Notes: a model not told the origin generated them from the sequence alone. DNA of 62,893 nucleotides, filler included, from Octopus bimaculoides (GCF_001194135.2; 4 parts of 3 records of this genome joined end to end with filler, not necessarily neighbours in it); one strand, 5' to 3'; positions 35,270 to 49,070 are shown, counted from the whole stretch's first letter. Numbers and translations: made by a program.

Positions 35270-38156
35270 GGTGGAAGTAACAGCAACAAAAGCACTGATA
35301 TGAAGGACTACCACATTACCGACAACAACAGCAAAAGCCTCCTAAACAACAACAACAAAAGAACAAAGCAGAAACACCCACAAAACATGCTACCCTGCTT
35401 TGGGACCTTCAGATATGTCGTTCAGATGATAGAGAAGACCCTAAATGACAAAAATTGCCTAACAGAAAGATAACAAAAACAGAAAAAGCACTATGGCAAT
35501 AAAAAGGCACGAAAGTCCAAAAGAAGAGGATATACATTTAAACAATACATCAACACTACCTGCAACAAAAATACCAACACTATCAACACCGCCACGACCA
35601 TCACATCAAGCAAAAGCCAATTCACACCTATACCAACAACCAAAACAGCACTCGCAACACAAAGAAAAAAGATGAAATCCACTACCGTAGACATAAAAAA
35701 AAAAAATGAATTCATTAACGAAAACAAATATTACGTTGACTACATCGCATCAACATATAGCATACTGACACGCATAAAAATCGTCAGAACAACACATTTT
35801 AAGAATCAGATGTCCCAATCGAATAAATTTCTATAACAAATTATTAACAAAATATTCTAAGTTTGCCCAAAGAAATACGCACAACTAGCCGGGAGGACGG
35901 AACATCTATCCTTCTACATGAATAATGTAAATGGTCCTTCACAAATTCCTCATTCTTATTCAGCATGACCTTACTCAGAATAGGTAGCGTCAATGCACGT
36001 GGCCTGAATTCGCTTTGGAGCAAGGCCACCTGCTGAACGACCTTAGGTTACTAGATATAGGGCTTTCCTATAAGTAGGTTATCTCCCTTGGCTAGGCGGC
36101 GCTCCATGTAGATAATTAAACTTCCGGAGACTACCCACGCCATTGTTATTGTTTTACGTCTTATCATGGATATAAAGCAGCTTGATGATTCAGCTATCGA
36201 AGTACTTACTGTGCCTGAGTTAAAGAAATATTTAAGATTATATGGACAGTATGTTACTGGAAGAAAGGCGGACTTGACTGAAAGGNNNNNNNNNNNNNNN
36301 NNNNTGAAAGGAATAAAAATTCTGTCGATGAAGAATGTCAACAAAGTAAATTCATCGGACGATAAGTCTGAAGTATCGGACGATAGTTCAGACAGGAATA
36401 AGCAGAAGCTTATATCTCCTCTCGGTGAAGTATTGCCTGATCTAAAGATCTTTGTAAGTTGCCGAATTTCACAGATAATGACATAATTACCTCGTGCTAC
36501 GGATGAAATCAAAGCAACAGTTAAGGAGTGGCATATTTTACCACGACAAACACGTACACAGCATCGAATACCACGATGTGAGTGAAAGCTGCTCTCACTG
36601 TATTGTCCGGTGTCTGGTAATCCCTTCAATACCGACATCAAACCAAAAAAAAGAATCCTGACCACAGAGTGTGGGTAATTATGTCAAAGGTCACTGGCAA
36701 TGTGCATTCAGCTGATTGCAACTGTTAAAGCAAGTCACTGAGCATGCGTACATGTCATACGGGAGAGTTCCAATCAGGGGTGGATAACAACCTTATAGGA
36801 ACCCCCTATAGATGTAGTAGCAACCAGTGAGACCAAAATTTCCTAGGAAGGAGCCTTCATGCCCAGCTTTGGCTAAAGGTTGTATACATTTTTAAGTTGG
36901 CCGAAATCAGGAAGCAGAATCGCTGTGTTGGTTTAGAAAAGTTTGAATCTCACGATACAGACCATATTCGAAGACTCGGATGGGAAAGTGATGATACAAG
37001 ATGTGATCAGCAGAGAATTCCATATCTTCAAACTAGTAACCGGTTACGCCCCAACAAGTGTGGAGCAACCTGATTTCTTTAGGCACCTGGAGGTCTTTCT
37101 AGAAACGTTCGCTCTTTAGTGCTAGTGGGAGACTGGAACAGTATCTTGAACACACAGTGAGATTGTGTAGGGCTGCTCAGATGTTTACAATAATCTAACC
37201 GGTACCGAATGTGCTCGTGTAGACAAGGACAAATTGCACTCGGATTATAAAGATCATATCTTGATAGAGTATTCAACAGAGACAGCTTACGTTATCCACA
37301 ATTTAAAGTCATCGGGTACACGTACGATCACCCTGGATAAGCTCCATAAGTGAAAACCCAGTTATTGAAAGCTGAACACCCAATTCCTTATGTGCAAGCT
37401 TACAAAGACCAGATTACTGAATTAGTTATGCAAACGCTGACAGGAACACTTGACAACAATAAATGGTTGTCCACCCTGAAAAGCACTATTAGAATAGAAT
37501 CGATAAGGTTTAGTAAAGCAGTAGCAATAGAGAAAATTAGCTTATAAGAGGACCTAGTTAGATACATTGAAAAGAGATCATAACTTATGTGCTTGCGGCA
37601 AAATTGCCCTTCGACAATTTCTTCGGGGTGAAGCACGAAAGCTACTTTCTAAAGATTAAGTTGCGTGCTCTAACAAGAAGAAATAAAAGATGTTCGATGG
37701 GGCTGTGTGGGCGGCACATCGTATGGTTGTTCGGGGCATGTGGTGGGCCGTTTCGCAGGATGAACTTTAATGCCTATCTTGACAACCTACTGCAGCTCTC
37801 AGCAGTAGATATGGAGTTTTATCAAAGGTCGATAACAGCCAGTTAAATACAGGGAATGATAACTAGTTGCGCGAAATACAAGCCACTTGATTAAGATGGC
37901 TCGTATTTAGAGTTTACGATTATATGCTAGATTTTTTCGGTGATTTCTTTGTAGATCTATCACAGCTGACATTAGAACGGAAGAATTTCCATTTCTGTGA
38001 GCCAAGTAGGTGAGTTGCTGCAAAAAGACTCAAACAAAAAAAAGAATAATTTTCGGCCTATATCTCTGCTAAACTCAGATTTCAAGATTTGGACTAAAGT
38101 GTTACCAAAGAGATTGGCGCTTGTCATTTCTAGTCTGGTTGGTGATGCATAAACAT
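35267..38156 (+). mobile_element. Decayed L1/Tx1-like LINE (A-rich ORF1-like remnant, APE endonuclease, start of RT)
   Basis: MTLLRIGSVNARGL (35965), LDI|DVVATSET split by an insertion, LVLVGDWNSIL, NFRPISLLNSDFKIWTKVLPKRLALV; many stops and deletions. Confidence 0.75.
36059..36807 (+). mobile_element. ISL2EU/PIF-Harbinger-like DNA transposon derivative with SAP and SWIM-like coding remnants
   Basis: Imperfect 25-bp TIRs AGGG..TTCCTATAAG...GTTATC; AT TSD restoring the host LINE reading LDIDVV; SAP motif LTVPELKKYLRLYGQYVTGRKADLTER; HRVWVIMSKVTGNVHSADCNC SWIM-like segment. Confidence 0.7.
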
Positions 38157-39279
38157 AAGCAAAGTCGACCTCCACAGAATTTGAACTTAGAACGTAAATA
38201 CGGATGAAATATCGCCAAACATTTCGCCTGGCGTGCTAACGATTCTGCCATATCACCACCTTCAATTATTATTGGAAAAAGACCGGAAAGACAGCGAACA
38301 AGGGTGCACATGTATAGTTTTTAATTTTATGTTCTAAGGAAGAACTAGAATGAGTTCTACAAGCATATATGCATCCATTTCTCGGCTCAGTCTGAAATAA
38401 TGGTGATGGAACTGAAGCTAGAATCATATTGATATTGTTTATAACCCAAGCCTACATGATGACACGAATTAAATGCTGTGTGAACTCAGAAAATATTCGT
38501 CATTCTTGAAATGATGTAATCTGTTTTCAATAGTCATTCCATGGATGCACATGGCTAAATGAGATGAGCTGGACTGTAAGGCCAATCTGTATTGGTGGTA
38601 AACAAACGGTAAAATACGAATCGCTTCTTCGTTACTCAACCCACTTGGCCATCTGCAACTCTCAATCCACAGAAAATTATAGTATACATTGTCATTCGCT
38701 GGTTGTTTCTCGTGTTTAGAATTTCAATTTCCTCCTGAGTAGATCCTCCATGTTGATAGGGGTTATTGATCAAAATGACCAATCCTTGCATGAAACAAGT
38801 AGGCAAAGAGGAGTTAAGAGAGGGCGTAGTTGTTGTTGCATTTTGCGTTCTTTACATTTTCTTTTCGGATTTCTTTTGACTTAAAAAAAGAAAAAGATCA
38901 GTTTCGCTTGTGATAGTGCGCAAGTTGGAACGGTTCCGAACGTTTCTCACGTTTTTTTGCCATTTCCTATTGCACATAAGATGTAAATTAAAATGAAATG
39001 AGGAACATTTCACTACATATCCTATGAATACTCAATGGCATAATATTATATTTATATCTTGTCTATCATGGGCTATGACAGTATTGTTATTTTCACAGTT
39101 TGCAGTAACAAACTATATAAATAACGATTTCTATTCAATGACAAATGTTCAAGATATTCCTTCCTTATTTGGGCCCCCGATAACTGAAGTAGTCTCAGTG
39201 GTATTTAGAAAAAGAGAAAAACCCTGGTGAAACGTATTTTCTCCATGTCTAATCACAACTAGTTTCAAAGAAGAATCAG

Positions 39280-39415
39280 TTTCAGTAATGTATTTATCGA
39301 CCCCGAAAGGATGAAAGGCAACGTTGACCTCGGCGGAATTCGAACTTATAACGCAGAGAACTGGAATACATTCTGCAAATATTCTCTCCGACACTGTAAC
39401 GACTCTGCCAACGCA
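39280..39415 (-). mobile_element. SINE family B fragment (another at 38155-38262)
   Basis: TTTATCGACCCCGAAAGGATGAAAGGC...CTCGGCGGAATTCGAAC on the + strand. Confidence 0.7.
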
Positions 39416-39596
39416 ACGATTGTCTAAATATACAATGAGTGCACTTTATGGCACTCAACATCATTATAAAATTATTTCTATTCCTTCTCACCGTGCTTCA
39501 CTATCGAGAACATAGATACATGTTTGAATATCTGAAATATATGCATATGACGTTAACCTCTGGCTATACTGTAAAACATATTCAAGGTAGAACATA

Positions 39597-40375
39597 CCGT
39601 AAATCCTCGAGTATAATACGCAGGGGATTTTTAGGGAGCTGTACCTCTGAAAAACCTAAACCTTGTGTATAATACGCACCCCTTCTTTAACTTGAGTCAA
39701 GGAGGTCTATATAACGTCCTTGGTTTGTAAACATATATACGGTAACATCCTTTATTATTATTGTATATATAACATAATGCAAACGTGTAGCTTTTTTTGT
39801 GCACTTTGTTAGCAGAAAATAAAGAAATAATAGTAATAACGTCAGTGAAAAATAAATATTAAGTAAATTGCCTTTCACATATTTATCACTATCAGTTACA
39901 AAAGCAAAAGCATTTACTCAAATCCTTCAAATTCAACGTCACTTTCAGCATCAAGTAACTGTTCCATTTGTTCCTCCGTAAACATGTCAACATCAATATA
40001 GTGTAAATCTCCGTCATCGTCAGATTCATAGTCAACATCAGAAGATTCACTTTCATCTATTTCATCTTTTCATACAACGTCATCCTGAGTACCATCCAGT
40101 GCAGACGATATACAACACTTTTATTTTAATAAATGTTACTTACTGCAAGTTATGGATGATTCTTTTATGACTTCATTGTTTTCAGGCTTAGCTTAAGGTA
40201 TTTTCGCGCCAGACATCACAAAATGCGTCTGAACAAACATTGCCGGACAGCAAATAGAGACTCGGACATTGCTTAGAAAATATTTTTCATTTTTAACCTC
40301 ATATATAGTACGCACTAGGGATTGTGACCTTTAAAATTTTGGGGAAAAATGCGGATTATACTCGAGAATTTATGG
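39597..40375 (-). mobile_element. Non-autonomous pogo/Tc2-like DNA transposon (779 bp)
   Basis: TA TSDs; TIRs CCGTAAATCCTCGAGTATAATACGCA / TGCGGATTATACTCGAGAATTTATGG; minus-strand remnant KCCISSALDGTQDDVV*...ESDVEFEGFE*. Confidence 0.8.
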
Positions 40376-40419
40376 TAAATAATCTAATTAGAAATGTCGT
40401 GAGAACAGCATTAACTCAA

Positions 40420-40519
40420 NNNNNNNNNNNNNNNNNNNNNNNNNNNNNNNNNNNNNNNNNNNNTTAATTAATTAANNNNNNNNNNNNNNNNNNNNNNNNN
40501 NNNNNNNNNNNNNNNNNNN
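40420..40519. other. Synthetic scaffold-join spacer
   Basis: 44 N + TTAATTAATTAA (40464-40475) + 44 N. Confidence 0.95.
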
Positions 40520-41013
40520 GTTACAGGTGCATTTTTAGGTTTCTGCCAACCAACCAATTGAATGATTTTACTAAGATTTGGAGTACAGGAAGTACCTGTG
40601 CAGATGAATAATTTTTAGTGGGTGTAGCTTGCACTGCACTACCCCCACTTATTAGCCCAAGAAGACTTTCACCGGTGTGACAAGAGAATTGACAAAACCA
40701 GGAATTTCCAAGGCCTCAGGTTTTATTTCGGAGATTTCCTTCTCCTAGGTAGATTACCAACCAAGGTTAAAGAGCTTCTACCTGCCCATGAGGTAAGCCG
40801 TCCCATTCCAGACACCTAACCGACACTCAGACACTCTGTAAAGTGAACAAATATCACTCCGGTGACCGATGTGGAGCAGCTCATCAAAAAAATAATAAAA
40901 AATAAAAAATAAAAAAAATAAATAAATAAATAAAAATAATAAAAAAATTAAAAAATATATATACATACATACATACATACATACATACATACATACCTAC
41001 ATACATACATAGA

Positions 41014-41740
41014 TACAGGGTACTCAAGCTGGATTCGATTGCTTCTTATGTCTCTCTTTCTAGAAAGAGTTTGATGTATTGATGAACAGTCAACGGCAAT
41101 GGAGGGCATAATGATTAAAGTTGTAGTTGAGCAAAAGTCAACTAACATGCATTAATGGGAAGCCATCTAAATATTGAAAAAGAATTTTCTCTCATGATGA
41201 TTCGCGCCTGCTGTGGAAATGCGACATCGTAACAGCTGCTCAGGGTTCTGTGAATATGGCAAAGCTTATAAGACGGCATGGACATCATAAAAACCAAGTT
41301 TCCCCAAACTGTGATAGTTTTTGGATGCGTCTGCAGGGAGGGTGATGTGATGATGTTCCACAACTTGGAACATAGCTTTAGGCTCAGTTCAGACGGCTAT
41401 TTGAAGATACTAGCGACTGTGGTCAAACACTGACTCAAGTGAGTTGCTGTTGACAGGCAATATGTGTGGAAACAGAATTCATTTCTTTGCTATACCTCCG
41501 GAAAATGTCAGAAACGCTTTTCTGAGAATTTCTACGACTTCACCAATCCTAGTTTATGACCTTCCAATTCTCCCAGTTGTAATACCATAGATTAGCATGT
41601 GCGGGACGTAGTTGAGAAAGACACCAATTGCATTGCCTGCAACACCAGGGCCGAGATGGTGACTAAGATCAAGAACGTGTTCAAAGATCATCTTAAGGAC
41701 ACAGTGAGGAACACATGTACCTGCAAGAAAGGAGCTGCTT
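41014..41740 (+). mobile_element. Decayed Tc1/mariner transposase of DD37D (maT)-like type
   Basis: TKFPQTVIVFGCV...VAVDRQYVWKQNS...SENFYDF...*PSNSPSCNTID*HVRDVVEK, matching TKFP.TVMV / YVWQQDSAP / WPPNSPD.NP.DY; multiple stops. Confidence 0.65.
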
Positions 41741-42469
41741 TCTAACAAAGAACAATATTCCATTGTTTGAATGTAGGTAAAAGATATAATTCACGTGAAA
41801 CTAAGAAAATTTTGCATGCATTTACTGTTCCCCTTATGGATTGTATGTGAAATGTGTATATTATAGCAGGTTGAGTTCTTTTCTAAAAACCGAAGCTTAT
41901 CCAGATTGTCACATAGGTATTTATTCCCAAAGCCATGTTTACTGTTTATTTATTGGTATAACAGAATTTTAAGCCTGTGTCTAGAAGTTGAAAGTTTCAA
42001 AAGATTGTCTGCAGTTATCCTGTTTCTCTTTGACTTTCGAATTGATATTCACGTCAGCATTCACGGTTCATATCTTTTATTTTCTGTCCCAAACAATGGT
42101 ATTAGGCCTGTCATGGTTGCACTTGGTATGTATGTATGTTGTACCGTTAATCGCAGCCGTGATCGTGTTAACGAAATTCCACATTGTATTAAGTATATGG
42201 TATGTTTTTTGGGTTTTTTTTTTAATCCGGTCTGAATAACGCTACGTTCGTAAAAGGTGTTTCACATATTTATAATGGGAGAAATAGACCAGTTACTGAT
42301 TTAGGCTGGAGGAGTCGAAATAAATGTAGAAGAAAACATTCAAACAGAGATTTTAAACGGTCCTCTACGCCAGCACGTCTGATGTAGGCGCCATCTTTAT
42401 GTACGTATGTATGTATGTATGTATGTATGTATGTATGTATGTGTATGTATGTATGTATATATGTATGTA

Positions 42470-42502
<33 letters not shown>

Positions 42503-42951
42503 ATGTATGTATGTATGTATGTATGTATGTATGAATGTGCAGATGTGTGTCATTTGAATTGGAGCTCCTTTGTTAGATTGTAGTTGCCAATATTCACATA
42601 ACTTTATTTATTAATCATTCACTCGTTGATATTTTGCGTTGCTGTTTCGTGTTCATGTCCGATTCAAACAGGGACACATACACGCATATAGACATGCATA
42701 TAAGTGCACACGCGCGCACATACAAACGCATACGAAATACATTTGTTTCACACATTCATAACACATATCTATCTAACTAGTTGAATAAGCCGTTAAAAGC
42801 TCCCAGTCCAATCTACATTATCAATAAATTACATTTTATTTAATGTATAGAGTCCAACCATCAGAAAATGTTTTGTTGTTTTTCAACAAGTTATTCGACA
42901 ACACCAAAGAATGCATGTCCCTCCCGCTTCCTCCATCTCTTTCTGTACACA

Positions 42952-42995
<44 letters not shown>

Positions 42996-43820
42996 CGTAT
43001 GTAGCATAGAATAAGAATAATAAGGATAGTACGGGACAGGGGTCATGATTGGTGTGGGTATGGAATGGTATTATATGAGGGTGGGGGATGAGACCCCTCC
43101 TCTCCAGAAAAGACACTATTTGGATGGCTTATTCTATACAAGCTCATTTTTTTCATCTCTTACATGATGCCTCGTCGGGCTCCAGTAAGTCTATGGAAGA
43201 CGTTCAGAAATGCTTGCACGCTCAGTACATTGGCAATTAGCAGTTAATCTTCATTCTTGCAAGTCTTTTAATCGGGTCATCAAAATATAGTTTATTATTA
43301 GACAAGTTAAATCAGAGTCGCCAGCATTCGCTTGTAGACGTCACCAAGGTTTACTGGTTATTCTTATTTGTTTTTGGTTTTTCTTTATTTATTTTTAGAG
43401 TTTGTTTCACGGGGTTAAAGGCCATTGGTTAAATCATTTCTTGTTAACCAGCGTCATATAGCTTGCGAGCTTTAGCTTTGAGCTTAAGGTTTTAAACGGA
43501 AAATGTGTGAAGAAAGATGTTTGTTGTTGTTAAGGTTGTTGTTGATGGTGGTGGTGCCGTTGTCTTGGTGGTTGTGTGTGAGTGTGTAAATGTGTGTGTG
43601 AATGTGTGAATTTCCATGTACATGTAACATGCACATGAAAACTAAAAAGAAATACACTTTGAATTGAGTACTGACTTCCATTTCTGTTTACAAGCTCTGC
43701 CATATCCGAGTATGTATGTATGTATGTATATGTATGTGTGTGTGTGTGTGTGTGTATGCATATATGCGTGTGTGTCTGTGTGTGTATACATAATTATATG
43801 TATATATGTATATATGTTTG

Positions 43821-43915
<95 letters not shown>

Positions 43916-44513
43916 GTATAAGTATGTATATATATATATATATGTATATATATATGTATAAGTATGTATATATATATACATACATATATACATGTATATA
44001 TATATACATACATATACACATATGTACATAATGTGTGTTTGTGCGTGTGTATGTGTGTTTATGCGTGTGTGTGCGTGTGTATACATAATACGGATACCTG
44101 TTCCAGTTTTGATCATCAGCCTTGACAAAAACAGAAAAAATTCTAACACCTTCACACAAGAATAACATTAGTAATTTCATTGACTCAAGCAATTGTGCTA
44201 CGATTTACATCAATAGTAGTTTAAGACAAAGAGCACTGAACACAGTACCAGGATCTACAGGTATATAGACGTTTATCGAAGAGTGACAAGCATGTAACAT
44301 AACTAGGCTGTCATGGTAGCGATGATATAGATATTGTTATGATTTGGTGAAAGTAAACATCTTTGCTTTCAAACCGGGGCGACGGGTGAGTATGATGTTC
44401 AGTTTTAATAATTTGACTTAAAAGAAAGACTTTGGTGGAAAGACAATGCAAGCAAGTAAAAAGTAAACAATGAGCAAAATGGTTAGTAAGTCAATTAATA
44501 ACATGGCTGATTA

Positions 44514-44932
44514 AAGCGGTGATCTAGCAGAAACGTTAGCACACCGGGCGAAATGCCAAACGGTATTTCGTCTTTCTTTACGTTCTGAGTTCAAATTCCG
44601 CCGAGGTCGATTTTACCTTTCATCCTTTCGGGGTAGATAAATTAAGTACCCGTTGCGTACTGGGGTCGATCTAATTGACTGACCTCCCTCCCCAAAAGTT
44701 TCGTGCCATGTGCCTAGAGTAGAAAAGAATCGTTCACAATGCCTGGCAAAATACTTAGCAGCATTACGCCCGTCTTTACGTTCCGAGTTCAAATTCCGCC
44801 GAGGTTTACTTTACTTTTCATCTGTTCCAGCTCGATAAACTAAGTTCCAGTTGAGCAATGGTGTCGATGTAATCGAGTTTCCCCCACCCTCGAACTTACT
44901 GTTTTTTTTTTTTTGTCAAAATTCGAAACCAA
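44514..44932 (+). mobile_element. Two tandem SINE family B copies
   Basis: GAGTTCAAATTCCGCCGAGGT occurs at about 44588 and 44787, each with the central block. Confidence 0.75.
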
Positions 44933-45592
44933 TATGGCTGATTACAAATTAAGAGAAACTTGTCCATGATAGGCTATTGATAGCAGCAGAAATTAGTTTT
45001 GGAAAGGCGTAGGGAGTATTTTCGTCTTGGTGGAAGTTTCGAGTGAATGGTGATAGTAAGTCTTGCAGAGAGTTCAGAAATACAGGATGCAACAACTTCT
45101 TCTCAATCACCGTAACCTGCATATGTCTAGGAACAGTGCAAGAACCAAAATTAGTTGTGGACAATGACTCCGACGAAGATGATAACATCAGAGACTAGTA
45201 ATGTGAGACAAACATCATCAAAGATGGAAGATAGATAGTTGAGCAATTCCTGGTGGATACAGGATTCAGAAAAAAAAAACAGTAGAGACACCATAAGAAT
45301 TTAGAGAGCAAAACGTTGAGTGCGCCTGTGTGCATGCTTGCATGTGTATGTCTGTGCGTGTAAATAAAACTGCGTTTTTGTTTTTCTTTATATATTATCA
45401 TGGGAGACTTTATTTTTAGGTTTGTGGAAATATTTTGGAGAAGGTATCTTGGAAAAATTTGAGGTTGTTTTAAGACAGACAAGCAGCGATGTTTATATGT
45501 ATGCATGTATATATGCATGCGTCTATGTGTATATTTATATATATATATATATAGACACACACACACATATATACAGATACATACACATACAA

Positions 45593-45639
<47 letters not shown>

Positions 45640-46016
45640 TGTCTCTATGCATATATATGTATGTGTGTATTATATATGTTATATATGTATGTATTATTTG
45701 TGTATATTTATATATATATACATTTATATATATACACATACATATATATATCTATAAATATATATATATATATATACACATATATATATATATATACATA
45801 TACACACACTTATTTCTATGTATATTATCTTATTATGCCTCATATTATCCAGTCTGTGGTGTATTTGCGATGAATGTAATTCAGTAATCGAATGAAACAA
45901 CAATACAATGACAATTCATCGCACATCATTGATTAATGTTGGCTGGGGAAGCACCAAAATACATACATACATTGCATTCACACACACAAACATACTTAAA
46001 TACACACAAACCCCCA

Positions 46017-46163
<147 letters not shown>

Positions 46164-46572
46164 GCGAACATATTAAAAGAGTTAAACTAGATAACTAGAT
46201 AACGCTTACGTAAATTGATTCAATAAACTAGGCGTCATTTCTGAGCCGAGCTGAAAGCATGGTACCTTGTTATATAGCATAATACAATCTGTTATTGGAT
46301 TTCTTATTTATTTCTTCTATTTTTTTTCTTTATTTTTATTAGTTTTTTTCCCCATGCCCCAAAATCTCACAAAACCTTTCACATTGTAAAGCCTTTAAAT
46401 GCATATAAATCCGAGATACACATTATTTGATATCTCTTCACTTCTTCATAGTGTGTTTGATCCATTACATCGAAGGTCACGCTAAAAAGCACAGTAATGA
46501 ATTTCCTGTAAATTTGGTTTGCCTTTTTATTTCCTGTTCTTTTTTCTCCTTCATGTCTTTTTTATTCGTTCA

Positions 46573-46651
<79 letters not shown>

Positions 46652-46698
46652 ATTATTATTATTATTATTACTATTATTATTATTATTATTATTATTAA

Positions 46699-46737
<39 letters not shown>

Positions 46738-47559
46738 GTATCTTCTTTGTTCTCGTCTTTTGCTTGTTGTTATAGCTGGCCATTGTTTTGTATATAAAGT
46801 TTATCAATACACAGAAAATGCTCCTCTGTTGTATTTGCTTCGCCTTTCATCAAATCTATAGCGTTTAACAGTAACTCTTGTTCAGGATATTTCGTGATAC
46901 TCTGGGAAGTATGTAAGACAAGATTGGAGCCTGATCGCTGCCAATGCTATCGATTAAAGGTTTGTGCGCCAATTTGTTTCCTTTAAACCGCTTATATCCC
47001 ATAGAAAGCCTTCGATGTCACAACTTATTATTCCTACCACCACCGTATATATTTACACCAAGCACATGTGCACATTCATGCACACACTTACGCACACTTT
47101 TCTTGCTCGAGATAGATATAGAGATGTTTCTTGATATAACTATGTTTGGCAGTCTTTTCATATACATTTCTTGAGGTCAGCTTGACTAAGTATGGCCAAA
47201 ATATTTGTGGTGCCTTGTTGACACGTAATCTAATTAGTCGCTCAGCAAGAATATATATTTATTTCAAAACAAACACGCCAATACGTCACACTTTGCTACT
47301 TGGGTTAGGGAAAACCAAAGTGTATTTTATTAATGCGCACACGGAAGAGTATTTTCCAGCAAGTTCGTTGTTATAAGACGAAACTCGTGTCCAAATATAA
47401 AATTACATATATCAAGACGTACACTTCGCAATCGCGTTTTGTCTATTCCTGGCATTGAGAGACGGTCATTATATCATTGCCATTCTGTATGTGTGTGTTT
47501 GCGTTTGTGCATACAAATACATATGAATACAACCACACGCACACACGCACACACACATA

Positions 47560-47963
47560 TTCTTTTATTCTGTTATTCTTTTACTTGTTTCAGTCATCTG
47601 ACTGTGGCCATGCTAGAACATCGCCTTGAAGGGTTTTAGTCAAACAAATCGATCCCAGCACTTTTTTTTTTAACCTTATACTTATTCTATGGGTAATTTT
47701 CCGAACCGCTAGGTTAGGGGACGTAAACACAACAACACCGGGTGTCAGGCAGTGATTGGGGGTACGAACACAGACACAAATACGCACCGACACACATACG
47801 CATGAATACGACGGGTTTCTTTTCGTTTCCGTCAACCAAATCTACTCACAAGACTATAGTAGAAGACACTCGTCCACGGTGCTACGCTGTGGGACTGAGC
47901 TCGGATCCATATGGTTGGGAAGCAAGCTTCTTACACCCTGCCTGCGCCTACGCAGCCACGCCT
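47560..47963 (-). mobile_element. Full-length SINE family A
   Basis: Reverse complement colinear with 24341-24724. Confidence 0.8.
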
Positions 47964-48089
47964 ATATGTAGATAACATATTTTCCTACCAATGTATATGT
48001 ATGTATCTATCTATTTGTCTGTATATATGTATGTTTATATACAGATATGCTTATATATGTATATATATATATACATATATGTATGTATG

Positions 48090-48126
<37 letters not shown>

Positions 48127-48135
48127 CTTTAAGAT

Positions 48136-48430
48136 GGAGGTGGAAATAGCACAGCACAGAAGTAAGTCTAAGACATTTCAATTTAAGAAGGAAGTTAATA
48201 AAATGATTTTTAAAAATTTATATAAAGGAAATTTGACCGGTTTCGATGAATCTCATTTTATCAAATATCAGTAAAAGTTTCTAAATATTTGAAATAAAAA
48301 CAGTTTTATCTTTTATCGGGAGGTGGAGCAATAACATGTGTTTTTTCATATAATTTTTTAAAAATCATTTTCATTAAATTCCCTCTTAAATTGAAATGTC
48401 TTAGATTTACTTCTGTGCTATTTCCACTCC
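48136..48430 (-). mobile_element. Inverted-arm element (about 90-bp diverged arms) with a decayed HHR in the spacer
   Basis: 48136-48232 is the approximate reverse complement of 48343-48430; minus strand ...UCAUC-GAAA-CCGG-UC at 48249-48235. Confidence 0.55.
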
Positions 48431-48474
48431 CAACTTTTATATGTAAAAATTTGATTTGTATAGATTTCTTTTCT

Positions 48475-48505
<31 letters not shown>

Positions 48506-48839
48506 CATATATATANNNNNNNNNNNNNNNNNNNNNNNNNNNNNNNNNNNNNNNNNNNNNNNNNNNNNNNNNNNNNNNNNNNNNNNNNNNNNNNNNNNNN
48601 NNNNNNNNNNNNNNNNNNNNNNNNNNNNNNNNNNNNNNNNNNNNNNNNNNNNNNNNNNNNNNNNNNNNNNNNNNNNNNNNNNNNNNNNNNNNNNNNNNNN
48701 NNNNNNNNNNNNNNNNNNNNNNNNNNNNNNNNNNNNNNNNNNNNNNNNNNNNNNNNNNNNNNNNNNNNNNNNNNNNNNNNNNNNNNNNNNNNNNNNNNNN
48801 NNNNNNNNNNNNNNNNNNNNNNNNTATATATATATATAT

Positions 48840-49070
48840 ATATGTGTGTGTGTATGTGTTTGTATGTCTGTGTTTGTCCCCCCAACATCGCTTGACAACC
48901 GATGCTGGTGTGTTTATGTCCCCGTAACTTAGCGGTTCGGCAAAAGAGACCGATAGAATAAGTACTAGGTTTCCAAAGAATAAGTCCTGGGGTCGATTTG
49001 CTCGACTAAAGGCGGTGCTCCAGCATGGCCACAGTCAAAAGACTGAAACAAGTAAAAGAGTAAAAGAGTA
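48840..49070 (+). mobile_element. SINE family A, 3' half, emerging from an N gap
   Basis: TTTGTCCCCCCAACATCGCTTGACAACCGATG...GACTGAAACAAGTAAAAGAG. Confidence 0.85.

Noticed and set aside
42035-42335. Hammerhead-like fragments CUGACGU-GAAU(AUCA)AUUC-GAAA (minus, 42057-42035) and CUGAUUUA-GGCU(GGAGG)AGUC-GAAA (plus, about 42294-42321)
   Set aside because: Core mutated and stems I and III not supported; too weak without a family consensus
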